A DNA stretch of 63,523 nucleotides, counting the filler, from Nanobdellati archaeon (GTDB lineage: Archaea; Nanobdellota; Nanobdellia; Woesearchaeales; JAADFO01): the NCBI GenBank assembly GCA_013152815.1. It is 5 parts of 5 records of this genome, joined end to end, with 100 filler letters (N's around TTAATTAATTAA, not from the genome) between each part and the next. Parts side by side here need not be neighbours in the genome. Positions count along the whole stretch, not along the records: positions 11,513 to 33,662 come from JAADFO010000004.1; 4 more parts are not named here. One strand, given 5' to 3'. Under the pieces are notes generated by a model. That model was not told the origin of the DNA and did no database searches. It saw nothing but the letters and a program-made list of their open reading frames with translations. The position numbers and the translations under genes are program-made. This document shows, piece after piece, positions 17,273-25,961 of the stretch (position 1 is its first letter; each line of letters begins with the position of its first letter).

Positions 17273-19501
17273 TTAGTGATCCGGTCTTTTTATCACCAGC
17301 TTCAAAGCGTCAAAGGCACAGGCATCCACACAGGTCTTGCAACCCGTACAGGCATCGGTGATTATTTCAGGTATTTGGTGTCCGGTTTCCTCTTTTGTCC
17401 GGTGTATGGAAAAACATCCATAATCAGTATTGTAGCAATCTCCAGGACAATTACCTGTTACGACACGAGTGCTTGAACGAGGACAGGCATCTGCATTGAA
17501 CTCAGCCACCACCTCACCATAAACGTTCTTATTGCTCAAGAATCCACCTTCATGGATAAGGCCTTTTATCTTACTGTCCAGATAGTCAATCAAGACCTGA
17601 CTCTCGTGCTCTGAAGTGACGCTGATCACGGCATCTGAGACCTTCTTTTGCAGTTCAATCTCATTGAGCGGAACATCTCCTTTCAGTTTATCTATCAGTG
17701 TAGATACAAGAGGATTGGTTGAAGAAGTGTCAAGGATACGCTTTATGTAATCAGGAGGTTCTCCGAACGCATTGAACCGTAGATTGTATTTCCCTACAAA
17801 ACTTGAAATAGCTTTCTTTTTCTCCTGTGAGAAAGATGCGTATGATTTTTTGAAGTCCTTGTTCTTGAGTTGAGAATACAGCACATATGCTGTTTTTATC
17901 TCTGTCAGACGTCTGTTATACGCTTTGAAAAAATCAGCAAGTTTATGCGAGATAACCCGCGGACCAATCAATACAGAACCGAGTTCAATCCCATCAGCAC
18001 CGATTGCCCGCCTATCAAGAACATTATCAACAGCATTCTCGACATTGAAGAATTCACGGATTATCCGTTCTGTATTTGAGAGTCCTTGATCGCTTACCCG
18101 TTGTTCAATCCATCTCTTGAATTTAGCTTTCTCTTTTTCCATAACCCAGGGGTACATATTCTCATCATAATCTGATTTCAGTGCTGTTTCAAGAATATAA
18201 GACAGATCCTCTTTACTCTTGATAGGATACTCCCTTTTTAGCCGTTGATAGGATTTTCTGTACTTATCTTCTCGCACAAGGTCCATAGCGACTCCGCCAC
18301 TCGCGAGAAGCTTAAGCTTAACAGTAGGATAAACACGAGATAAGGAGAGTCTTGCCATCTCACGGATGGGATTCCCCGCGGTCTGCATCTCCTTGCTCTT
18401 GAAGATATAGGGGGGTGCATCATCCCTGAAATACTCCCAGCGAGGGGACGTCTTATGGGTGTTTATGAGGGTCATTCCGACAAAGCCTGCTTCATCACAG
18501 GTCTTTGCCAGCTCGATAATCTCGTCAGAATAACTGAATTTCCCGATAAGGCCCAGCCCGTATTGTTTTGCGATTATGTTGAGCGCATAGAGGCTTCGGT
18601 GTAAAGCAGATTTTCTTAAGTACCCTGTATCAACAATATCAATGCCTCTTCGTCCTATGCTTTTTCCTGTCCGAAAATCGTCTTTAACGTACTCATCGAT
18701 ATTTGTTGCTCGTTTTTTCAGAAAGGCGTCATCATATTGTGGCATTTGCCTATCGAACAGTTTTTTATTCCACAAATGCACGGGCTCCCAGTCGATTCTT
18801 TCAGTAGACCTTGCAAGATAGCGAAGATTGAGCTCCAGATTCATTCCTTTAATGAATCCTTCTGATTCCAAACGCTTCTTCCATTTGCCCACCGTTGAAA
18901 GCAATTGGTGCCAGACAAGCAAGTCTGCCATTCCATACAACTGGGTCTTTATGAACAGCTCCTTTGTTGCTGGATCAAAAGGAGGATTACCGAACTTGTT
19001 CACGAGACGGGAATAGGCATTATTATCCACAATACGATTGAAGATGCTTCCGTCAAGAATCAAAGAGAGGTTATCTTGGAAAGTCTTGAACGCTTCGTGC
19101 GAATCAAAATGCAGGGCCGCAGCATCAAATATGCGCTTTGAAGTAAGATTGGGGATGATCGGAACACCTTGCTTGATAGCTGCAGTCATATTATCGATGG
19201 AAGTCTCTAAGTCAAACATCTCTTTGGCAGTGGAGCCTGCATTGAAATTGCCGGTGTGACTGTCTGTGGAAAGCCCTCGTTGACTATTAACTGCGTCAGT
19301 GGTGCTTTCCTCACTTATGGTCTTTGTTATGATTGCGCCCAACCCTGCCTTCTTCAGCTGTAAGAATTGCTCAAGAGTCTTTCCCACAGGAGATGAGGCT
19401 GCAAAGAAGTAATTAGGATAGGTCACTTCCCCGAGGGTCATCTGAGGAAGATAGTATGTGTTATATCCTTCTAGTGCGTTACGCCATTTTTCTTCAACCA
19501 T
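17273..19501 (-). CDS. Divergent dihydropyrimidine/dihydroorotate dehydrogenase-like (PreA-like) protein with C-terminal 4Fe-4S domain and large insertions
   Basis: FAASSP, GAIITKT, LELNL, LINT, ASGGV, GADGIELGS, CTGCKTCVDACAFDAL. AT-rich relative to flanks. Confidence 0.72.
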   Translation of the reverse strand: MVEEKWRNALEGYNTYYLPQMTLGEVTYPNYFFAASSPVGKTLEQFLQLKKAGLGAIITKTISEESTTDAVNSQRGLSTDSHTGNFNAGSTAKEMFDLETSIDNMTAAIKQGVPIIPNLTSKRIFDAAALHFDSHEAFKTFQDNLSLILDGSIFNRIVDNNAYSRLVNKFGNPPFDPATKELFIKTQLYGMADLLVWHQLLSTVGKWKKRLESEGFIKGMNLELNLRYLARSTERIDWEPVHLWNKKLFDRQMPQYDDAFLKKRATNIDEYVKDDFRTGKSIGRRGIDIVDTGYLRKSALHRSLYALNIIAKQYGLGLIGKFSYSDEIIELAKTCDEAGFVGMTLINTHKTSPRWEYFRDDAPPYIFKSKEMQTAGNPIREMARLSLSRVYPTVKLKLLASGGVAMDLVREDKYRKSYQRLKREYPIKSKEDLSYILETALKSDYDENMYPWVMEKEKAKFKRWIEQRVSDQGLSNTERIIREFFNVENAVDNVLDRRAIGADGIELGSVLIGPRVISHKLADFFKAYNRRLTEIKTAYVLYSQLKNKDFKKSYASFSQEKKKAISSFVGKYNLRFNAFGEPPDYIKRILDTSSTNPLVSTLIDKLKGDVPLNEIELQKKVSDAVISVTSEHESQVLIDYLDSKIKGLIHEGGFLSNKNVYGEVVAEFNADACPRSSTRVVTGNCPGDCYNTDYGCFSIHRTKEETGHQIPEIITDACTGCKTCVDACAFDALKLVIKRPDH

Positions 19502-19542
19502 GATATATCACATCATCAAGTTTATCCTCTGACAAAACAGAT

Positions 19543-20451
19543 TCATAGGGTATCCCGATGGATCCTTCGATATCCCAATGCCACCTTTTTTCGGACTAAG
19601 GCAGGGGTATCTGATAGAGACACGGGAATCTTCAGATCATCACGATACATGCATGGATCCAAGGTGCCACGTGCGCTAAGACGAAGATATTCTCCTTCTC
19701 CGCAATTAACACGGTAGTCACATCCCTCACATTTCTCATGATACCTCTTTGGTTTCACAAGGTTATCTGAGAACAGATCGACTATGTGTTCATAAGGAAC
19801 AGATGTTTTCTCAACACCCTTCTCAGTGGACATCCAATCCATAAGATGCAACTCATAGCCTTCCTTATCTGCGAAAGCGATAATACGAGGAATCTCTTCA
19901 AGGTTCAATTGATTAACCACCGTATTTATGACTATATTCCTGAAACCAAGAGACTTCAAGGTTGCAAGTCCAGCAAAGACATCGTCTAGAGCATCAAGAT
20001 GAGTGATCTTCTTATAGACCTCTCGATCAAGACTATGCAAGGAAATGTTAACACCATCAAGACCCGCCATCACTAAGTCCTCAGCATTATGAGCAAGATA
20101 GGTTCCGTTCGTGACAATACCCACGATGCTTTCAGCAGACTTTCTTTTGATCTCGCGAACATACTCTGCAAGAAGAGGATGAGAACCAGGCTCTCCGCCG
20201 GTGAATTTGATCTTGTTCTTCCCAATCTCCAAAGAAGCACTTATTGCTTTCCACATGACCTCTTCATCCAAAACCTTTACTCGGCTTGCATCATAGCCTT
20301 CATTATGACAGAAAAAACAAGATTCATTGCACCATTCAAGAAGTTGGACTCTCAAGTAACCTGGCAAGGATTCGAAAGAAAGATATCCTTCAAGTATCTC
20401 TTCCATGCGCAATGCAGGGATCGTTTCTTCTTGCATGTCGTTTACCCTCAA
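19543..20451 (-). CDS. MoaA-like radical SAM protein
   Basis: CNESCFFCHNEG, KFTGGEP, TNG, NISLHSL, CEGC...LRLSARGTLDPC. Confidence 0.85.
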   Translation of the reverse strand: MRVNDMQEETIPALRMEEILEGYLSFESLPGYLRVQLLEWCNESCFFCHNEGYDASRVKVLDEEVMWKAISASLEIGKNKIKFTGGEPGSHPLLAEYVREIKRKSAESIVGIVTNGTYLAHNAEDLVMAGLDGVNISLHSLDREVYKKITHLDALDDVFAGLATLKSLGFRNIVINTVVNQLNLEEIPRIIAFADKEGYELHLMDWMSTEKGVEKTSVPYEHIVDLFSDNLVKPKRYHEKCEGCDYRVNCGEGEYLRLSARGTLDPCMYRDDLKIPVSLSDTPALVRKKVALGYRRIHRDTL

Positions 20452-20945
20452 GAGATTGATTGTATTGTATAGGTGTTATTATTAAAAACAACAGTATCTC
20501 CTTCTTTTTTCTGCATAAACTGTTGTCCGATAGGTGACATCGGAGTCAAGACTCTTACAAGATAATCTTCAATAGGGATTATTTCTCCACCTTGGGCAGG
20601 CATCATCAAAAAATGTCCGGATTGATGATCTAACTCGTATTGGATCAATGCGCCGACATCAACCACATTACAGGACGCTTTATGCGTATACTGTTCAATC
20701 TCTGATATGTCTTTACCCAGGTCATACAATCTTCTTGATTGTTCATTTGCTTCCCAACTTCCTTCAATCTTATGGGTGCTATGCCTGGAGACATTCGGAC
20801 CTTCTGCATCCCGAACCCGATTAATAATATTTCCAATTTCATCTTCTAAAGCATGATAATCATCTTGAAGCAAAGTTATGAACGCGCGAAGCACCAACTC
20901 CTTGTCAAGACGGTTATTCTCAGAGGAAACATCACTCATAATCAT
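20448..20945 (-). CDS. GreA/GreB-family-like protein
   Basis: N-terminal coiled coil; VDVGALI, GGE, LTPMSPIGQQFMQKKEGD. Confidence 0.75.
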   Translation of the reverse strand: MIMSDVSSENNRLDKELVLRAFITLLQDDYHALEDEIGNIINRVRDAEGPNVSRHSTHKIEGSWEANEQSRRLYDLGKDISEIEQYTHKASCNVVDVGALIQYELDHQSGHFLMMPAQGGEIIPIEDYLVRVLTPMSPIGQQFMQKKEGDTVVFNNNTYTIQSIS

Positions 20946-21161
20946 TCACCCAACTCAAAAGTAGTGAATGAACCATCATTTATAAACCTTCACTGATTTA
21001 AAGAATCAAGACTCCTACATGTTGTTGAGCATCTCTGGCGCCAAGAACGCGAAAGCGTTTCCGAGCATGTTCAAATTCGGGCCGACCACTTTGTAAGTGA
21101 ACGCCAGCGCCCGGATTGCTTTGCTGCCAGAAAGCTTGCTTTCTGGGCATGAACCGGGATA

Positions 21162-21352
21162 CACAGAAAACCAGTTACAGATTCTGTGCCAAACAGTATC
21201 GCTAGCTGACCGGTCCGAAGGCGGGTTTTCTGGTACCAAAAAAACGCCAACGCCCGGATTTGAACCGGGATATCCCGAAGGAAAGCGGTTTTCGAGACCG
21301 CCGCAATACCGGATTATGCGACGTTGGCGTGGTTTTTTTGCGTTTTTTTGTG
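21162..21352. mobile_element. 191-bp MITE-like insertion with terminal IRs and TA target duplication, carrying a tRNA
   Basis: GGGA-TA-[CACAGAAAA...TTTTTTGTG]-TA-TCCC; the uninterrupted target GGGATATCCC is visible in the inner tRNA. Confidence 0.65.
21245..21328 (-). tRNA. Inner intronless tRNA-Ser(CGA)
   Basis: GCCAACG/CGTTGGC-G acceptor, GCGGT-CTCGAAA-ACCGC, long variable arm, GGTTCAAATCC. Confidence 0.93.
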
Positions 21353-21490
21353 TATCCCGAAGGAAAGCGGTTGTTTCTGACAAGAGACCTCAGAAATTGA
21401 GGAATTCTTGCCGTTCGAGACCGCCGCAGTACCGGATTGTGCCACGCTGGCATGAAGCGAAGCGGATGAGTACGTCAGCATGAAAAACTG

Positions 21491-21659
21491 GGGGCTGCGG
21501 AGATTCCCACCAAAGGGATGCACCCTTTTGAAACCCGCGCACAATGCAGCAGGATTTCCNNNNNNNNNNNNNNGATTCCCACCAAAGGGATGCACCCTTT
21601 TGAAACCCGCGCACAATGCAGCAGGATTTCCAATCCTGCAAATGGGGCTGCGGAGATTC
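21491..21659. repeat. Duplicated tRNA-Pro 3' end (GGGGCTGCGGAGATTC) with repeated unit spanning an N gap
   Basis: 16-bp copies at 21491-21506 and 21644-21659; unit GATTCCCACCAAAGGG...GGATTTCC on both sides of gap 21560-21573. Confidence 0.75.
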
Positions 21660-21715
21660 GAACTCCGGTCAGGTGGCCCCGAACCGCCTATGATACCAAG
21701 CTACACTACAGCCCC
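21643..21715 (-). tRNA. tRNA-Pro(CGG)
   Basis: GGGGCTG/CAGCCCC-A, GGCGG-TTCGGGG-CCACC, GTTCGAATC. Confidence 0.92.
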
Positions 21716-21780
21716 GGAAGGGGCAGATGAGCTGGGTTTCCTTTAAGAATGTTTCTATGTTGCAGGTGTCTCCCGGGACG

Positions 21781-22335
21781 TCAGGAAAGCCTTGGTGCGA
21801 TGATCCTGCCGAGCTGTCGGCCTTTCATCTCCAGCTGCTTCTTGCTCTGCTGGAAGAGCCTTATTTCGGTCCGAAAGATCAGGTTTGCATCCACCTTCGT
21901 GAGATGGGCCTCTGCATAGTCGAGAAGACCATGGGCAGTGGAAAAAGGCGGGGCAAGGGCCACGAATCCAACGCATTTTCCCTTGAACGGATTAAGCTCA
22001 AGAAAGGTGTTCATGGCAGGGGGGAAGAAGGCGCCCCAGACGGTCGTGACCACGATGAGTGAACCATACTTCTTGAAATCATAGCGGGGCACTTTCAGCT
22101 GTGTCCTTCTCCTTCGCAGGTTGGAGACAGAAGTATGCATGACACGTGAGGAGAAGCCGACCCGGAACGTATTGATGGACAGGACCCGTTCAGGCGAGGA
22201 AGCCTCGACCCGGAAGAGATCTGCATCAAGAGCATGTGCTATGCCTCTGGCTACTGCCTCGCTCTTGCCGGTCAGAGAATAATAGATAACTAATATCTTC
22301 AATAAAGGTCCCTCCTGAAAGAGGAGTATCATCAA
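21781..22335 (-). CDS. Flavodoxin-like protein
   Basis: ILVIYYSLTGKSEAVA, TTVWGA..PPAM. Confidence 0.8.
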   Translation of the reverse strand: MMILLFQEGPLLKILVIYYSLTGKSEAVARGIAHALDADLFRVEASSPERVLSINTFRVGFSSRVMHTSVSNLRRRRTQLKVPRYDFKKYGSLIVVTTVWGAFFPPAMNTFLELNPFKGKCVGFVALAPPFSTAHGLLDYAEAHLTKVDANLIFRTEIRLFQQSKKQLEMKGRQLGRIIAPRLS

Positions 22336-22445
22336 AGTTTAAAAATTTTCCGAAAGAAAGGGCTCTGGAGAAAGAATGGCCGGCATCCTTCGCGATGCTT
22401 CATCCAGTGCAGGGGCAAGAGAGTTCCCGGAGTTGGCCCAAAAAG

Positions 22446-23183
22446 TCAGATCTGCTGTCTGACCGCTTCTGCTGCCTTGGACGCTTCTGCAGGGTCCCCG
22501 AGATAATGATGTTTGAGCGGCCTGAGGGTCTCGTCAAGCTCATAGACGAGGGGGATTCCTGTGGGGATGTTCAGCCGGGGGATGTCCTCGTCAGAGATAT
22601 TGTCCAGGTGCTTGACCAGTGCCCGGAGAGAGTTCCCATGGGCGACGATGATGACCTTCCTGCCTTGCTGGAGCGACGGAGCGATGACTTCGTTCCAGTA
22701 GGGGATCACCCGATGGACCGTGTCCTTCAACGACTCGGTGAGGGGAAGATCCTTCTCTTCAACATCCTCATAGAGCGTGTCCTTCCCAGGGTAACGGGGA
22801 TCATCCTTTGTCAGCGGAGGAGGAGGGACATCGTAGCTTCTGCGCCAGAGGAAGACCTGGTCTTCTCCGACCTCTTTCACCAGCTCTTTCTTGGACCTTC
22901 CCTGGAGGGCGCCGTAGTGACGTTCGTTGAGACGCCATTCCTCGAAGATGCCGATGCTGCTGAGACCGAGTTCTTCGAGGACTATGGAGAGCGTATCCTT
23001 GGCACGGGAGAGAACAGAGGTATAGGCCAGGTCGAAGATGTATCCTGCCTCTTTGAGGAGATTGCCTGCCTTCTTGGCTTCCTCCCTGCCTTTCTCAGAG
23101 AGCGGAACATCGGTCCAGCCGGTGAACTTCCCTTCTTTGTTCCATGTGCTCTCTCCGTGACGGAGAAGGACAAGCTGTATCAT
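22446..23183 (-). CDS. gpmA: 2,3-bisphosphoglycerate-dependent phosphoglycerate mutase
   Basis: [29 protein letters not shown]. Confidence 0.97.
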   Translation of the reverse strand: MIQLVLLRHGESTWNKEGKFTGWTDVPLSEKGREEAKKAGNLLKEAGYIFDLAYTSVLSRAKDTLSIVLEELGLSSIGIFEEWRLNERHYGALQGRSKKELVKEVGEDQVFLWRRSYDVPPPPLTKDDPRYPGKDTLYEDVEEKDLPLTESLKDTVHRVIPYWNEVIAPSLQQGRKVIIVAHGNSLRALVKHLDNISDEDIPRLNIPTGIPLVYELDETLRPLKHHYLGDPAEASKAAEAVRQQI

Positions 23184-23214
23184 AGGGATGAAGGAATCTC
23201 TGAGCTATAAAAAG

Positions 23215-23973
23215 TTAGTGCTTCTTTTGTATCCTGACCAGGAAGTAGAGGGCTACAAAGGCCATGAGTGCAGAGAGGATCTGGCCTTCGCTCAACCCAA
23301 AGACGCGAGGGTCCTCCCGATAGAAGGTGACGAAGAACCGCAGCACGCCATAGGCGAGGACAAAGGTCCAGAACAGGATCCCTTCCTTGAGACGTCTCTT
23401 GGCGTAGAGATACCAGAGCATGAAAAAGATGAACAGGTTCTTGCCTGCCTCATAGAGCTGGGAAGGATGACGGCAGCCCTCGACCCCTTTGTACTGGATG
23501 CACCAGGAGACAGTGGTGGGCGTCCCGATCAGCTCGCCGTTGATGAAGTTCGCGATCCTGCCGAAGAACAGGCCGAGAGCGGTGGGTATGACCAGCACGT
23601 CGGCTATGGCATAGAATTTCACATCGTATTTTCGGGTGAAGAGCCACAGGACCAGCATCAGCCCCAGCAAGGCCCCATGGAACGACATGCCGCCTTCCCA
23701 GACCCGAAAGAGTGCGAGCGGATCATTGACGAGACGTGTGCGCGCATAGAAGAGGAAATAGCCAAGACGGCCGCCGAGGATAAGGCCGCCGGCCAGATAG
23801 AGTATGAGGACATCGAGAAGCTCCTGGGTGAGGTTCGCTATCCGCCCTTTCTTGACCAGATGGTTCAGGAAACCATAGGCGAAGAGCAGGCCAAGGGCAT
23901 AGACAAGACCGTAGTACCGTATCTCCAGAGGACCGAGATGCAGGAGAACAGGGTCGAGATTGTAGACAAACAT
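23215..23973 (-). CDS. lgt: Prolipoprotein diacylglyceryl transferase
   Basis: GGRLGY, GGMSFHG, GRIANFINGEL, HPSQLYE. Confidence 0.95.
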   Translation of the reverse strand: MFVYNLDPVLLHLGPLEIRYYGLVYALGLLFAYGFLNHLVKKGRIANLTQELLDVLILYLAGGLILGGRLGYFLFYARTRLVNDPLALFRVWEGGMSFHGALLGLMLVLWLFTRKYDVKFYAIADVLVIPTALGLFFGRIANFINGELIGTPTTVSWCIQYKGVEGCRHPSQLYEAGKNLFIFFMLWYLYAKRRLKEGILFWTFVLAYGVLRFFVTFYREDPRVFGLSEGQILSALMAFVALYFLVRIQKKH

Positions 23974-24325
23974 GACTTCCGGAAGAGGAGCCGATATAAA
24001 AGCTTTGTGAAGGGGAAGGGTTCCCAGGAAACGGCTAATATGAACTCCTGCAAGAACATGCCAAATACATGACCTACTCCATCGACGATGCTCAGCAACA
24101 AGTTGCTGGCACCAAAGGGAACCGTATACGTTGCATNNNNNNNNNNNNNNNNNNNNNNGTCTGGCCAGCCATCATTGTCCTCCTTTCAGTCGGAAATGCT
24201 GACATTGATGGCGCAGACGATCATGCATCTGGCAAAAAAGCAGAGGATTCCATAATAGACCAGGAAACCAAAAGAATTTAAAGAGCGACCAGTCCCTCTG
24301 CTGAAAAACAGGCGAGGTAATGATC

Positions 24326-24562
24326 ATGGCTTTCGACAAGAATCTGGATGTTAAGCTTTTCTCTGAGACCGTCGAGATCGATGACGACAACAGGATAACG
24401 GTCGGCGTCTTTTCCTACAATGAGGGAGAGAAGAAACTTCAGCTTTCCCGGGAACGGATGAATGCCCAGGGGGAATATTCTTTTGCCAAGCTCGGCCGCA
24501 TGACCAAGCAAGAGGCAGAGAAGGTCATCCCTGCCATGCAGAAAGCATTGGAGTTCATGTAG
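24326..24562 (+). CDS. Small PC4/YdbC-like nucleic-acid-binding protein (putative)
   Basis: FSYNEGEKKLQLSR...KLGRMTKQEA pattern; GAGGT RBS. Confidence 0.6.
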   Translation: MAFDKNLDVKLFSETVEIDDDNRITVGVFSYNEGEKKLQLSRERMNAQGEYSFAKLGRMTKQEAEKVIPAMQKALEFM

Positions 24563-24572
24563 ATTCTTCTGG

Positions 24573-25235
24573 TCAATGACCGATCTTCTTTTCTTTTTCA
24601 GAGAGTTCTCTTGCCATGATGTCCAGGGTGGAGATGAACAGGTATCTGGAATCCTGCAGTTGGGATTCCTCTTTGGGTTTCAGTTCGTGATGCTCGTCCT
24701 GTTCCATGTAGAGATAGGCATTCGTCAGAAGATCATAGACGGTTTTTTTGGTGAGGAGCCGGCCTTCATCATTGATGACTGTGGTGCTACCGCCAAAAGA
24801 GAAAAGATAAGCATCTAATGTTTCCAGCATATCTGAGATGGTCTCATAGGGAGCGGGGGATGTGTGCTGATCCAGGATATCATGAAACTCAGGGTCGCTG
24901 TGGATGTTCCAGAAATGATTCACAGGAATAGGATATATATAATAAGCGAGACGACCGGAATGCTTATAGACGACGATCTTGTCGCTCTCGAGAGCGAGAA
25001 AGGTGCTGAAGGCTCTAGAGAAGTAAGAAGAGATGGCATCCGAATCACAGTCGCCTATCATGCGAAGCGTCTCAGGGGTTACCTCTTCACGAAGCCATTG
25101 ATACCCTCGGATGACTGAAGCAGGGGCAATCTGTTCTCTGTGCAATGCGCTTGACAGGTCATACCAGCGGATCATGCGTCTGAAGAGTCGTGCCTGCTCT
25201 TGCTCCGACATCACTGTCTGATGAAGAGCATCCAT
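24573..25235 (-). CDS. Hypothetical protein
   Basis: Long ORF; shares GYQ.L...TPE motif with the next gene. Confidence 0.65.
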   Translation of the reverse strand: MDALHQTVMSEQEQARLFRRMIRWYDLSSALHREQIAPASVIRGYQWLREEVTPETLRMIGDCDSDAISSYFSRAFSTFLALESDKIVVYKHSGRLAYYIYPIPVNHFWNIHSDPEFHDILDQHTSPAPYETISDMLETLDAYLFSFGGSTTVINDEGRLLTKKTVYDLLTNAYLYMEQDEHHELKPKEESQLQDSRYLFISTLDIMARELSEKEKKIGH

Positions 25236-25335
25236 GGAAAAAAGGGGCAGAAACAGGTTTTTATTTCTTATCATCCCCAGCTTCCTGTTTAAATGAAGGT
25301 TTCAGCATCCGCAGACATCCGTGTTGACGAAGATA

Positions 25336-25791
25336 TCACTCTCTTGCCGAAGGAGGAAGTAGCCGTTCGATGCCCATCTTTGCCACAGGAGTGATGCCGG
25401 GATACACCGGCCGTTTGAGGGATCCGTCATAGTGGTGTTTCTGCTGGTAGCGGGCATCGAAATTGCTGAAATAGATGATGGGCAGCCCGTCCCTGAGATG
25501 TCTTAACGTATCGTTCGAATGGATGAAGCCGAAAGAAGATGCCTCTGCAGCAGAGCCACGATTAAACATCTCCGCAAGGGTCCTGTTGAAGTATTCGTCG
25601 TCGAAGGCCATGACCTCTTTCACGAATTCCGGAGTGATTGCCTTGACGAGCGATTGGTATCCGGTCAGGCGCCTTTCCCAGGGGATGGCCTGATCGTTCA
25701 TGAGGTCGGCAGTGATGGCATAGGATAACAGGGTGCAGTGCATCTGGTCCTTGCGCTGCAGAGACGTTGATTCAGGTTCATCGACTGGCAT
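25336..25791 (-). CDS. Hypothetical protein
   Basis: 151-aa ORF with RBS; GYQSLVKAITPE motif. Confidence 0.65.
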   Translation of the reverse strand: MPVDEPESTSLQRKDQMHCTLLSYAITADLMNDQAIPWERRLTGYQSLVKAITPEFVKEVMAFDDEYFNRTLAEMFNRGSAAEASSFGFIHSNDTLRHLRDGLPIIYFSNFDARYQQKHHYDGSLKRPVYPGITPVAKMGIERLLPPSARE

Positions 25792-25961
25792 ATCTATCCC
25801 CCCTCATTCTGGAATCGTTTCACCCCAGGATGCATCCATCGCAATAGCAGATGGTGCGTGGCGCAGGATTCTCGGAAATCTTTTCGCTTTTATGGATATT
25901 GGTGCTCGGCTTACACAACCTATTTAAACCGGATATTTATCCAGCACAGAGGGACAAAACC

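Larger units (their letters stand above)
21102..21451 (-). tRNA. Outer tRNA-Ser(CGA): introns 21373-21413 (37/38) and 21118-21149 (T-loop), interrupted by insertion 21162-21352 (possibly pseudogene)
   Basis: 5' part GCCAGCG...GGTCTCGAA|intron|AACCGC...GGGATA and 3' part TATCCCGGTTCA|intron|AATCCGGG-CGCTGGC-G; acceptor halves pair perfectly. Confidence 0.8.

Noticed and set aside
19543..20451. Calling the gene moaA or viperin outright
   Set aside because: No Moco context, and the motifs alone cannot fix the substrate.
21030..21089. tRNA-like fragment (...AACGCGAAAGCGTT...GTTCAAATTCGGGCCGACCA)
   Set aside because: No matching 5' acceptor strand or proper T-arm geometry could be built; at most a remnant at the island edge.
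21162..21352. Reading the insert as a normal BHB intron or split-tRNA leader pair
   Set aside because: The junction strands pair as a continuous helix without offset 3-nt bulges; the TA duplication fits a DNA insertion better.
21502..21631. Exact tandem duplication as a firm two-copy repeat
   Set aside because: Identical copies flank a short N gap and may be a scaffolding overlap; copy number is not claimed.
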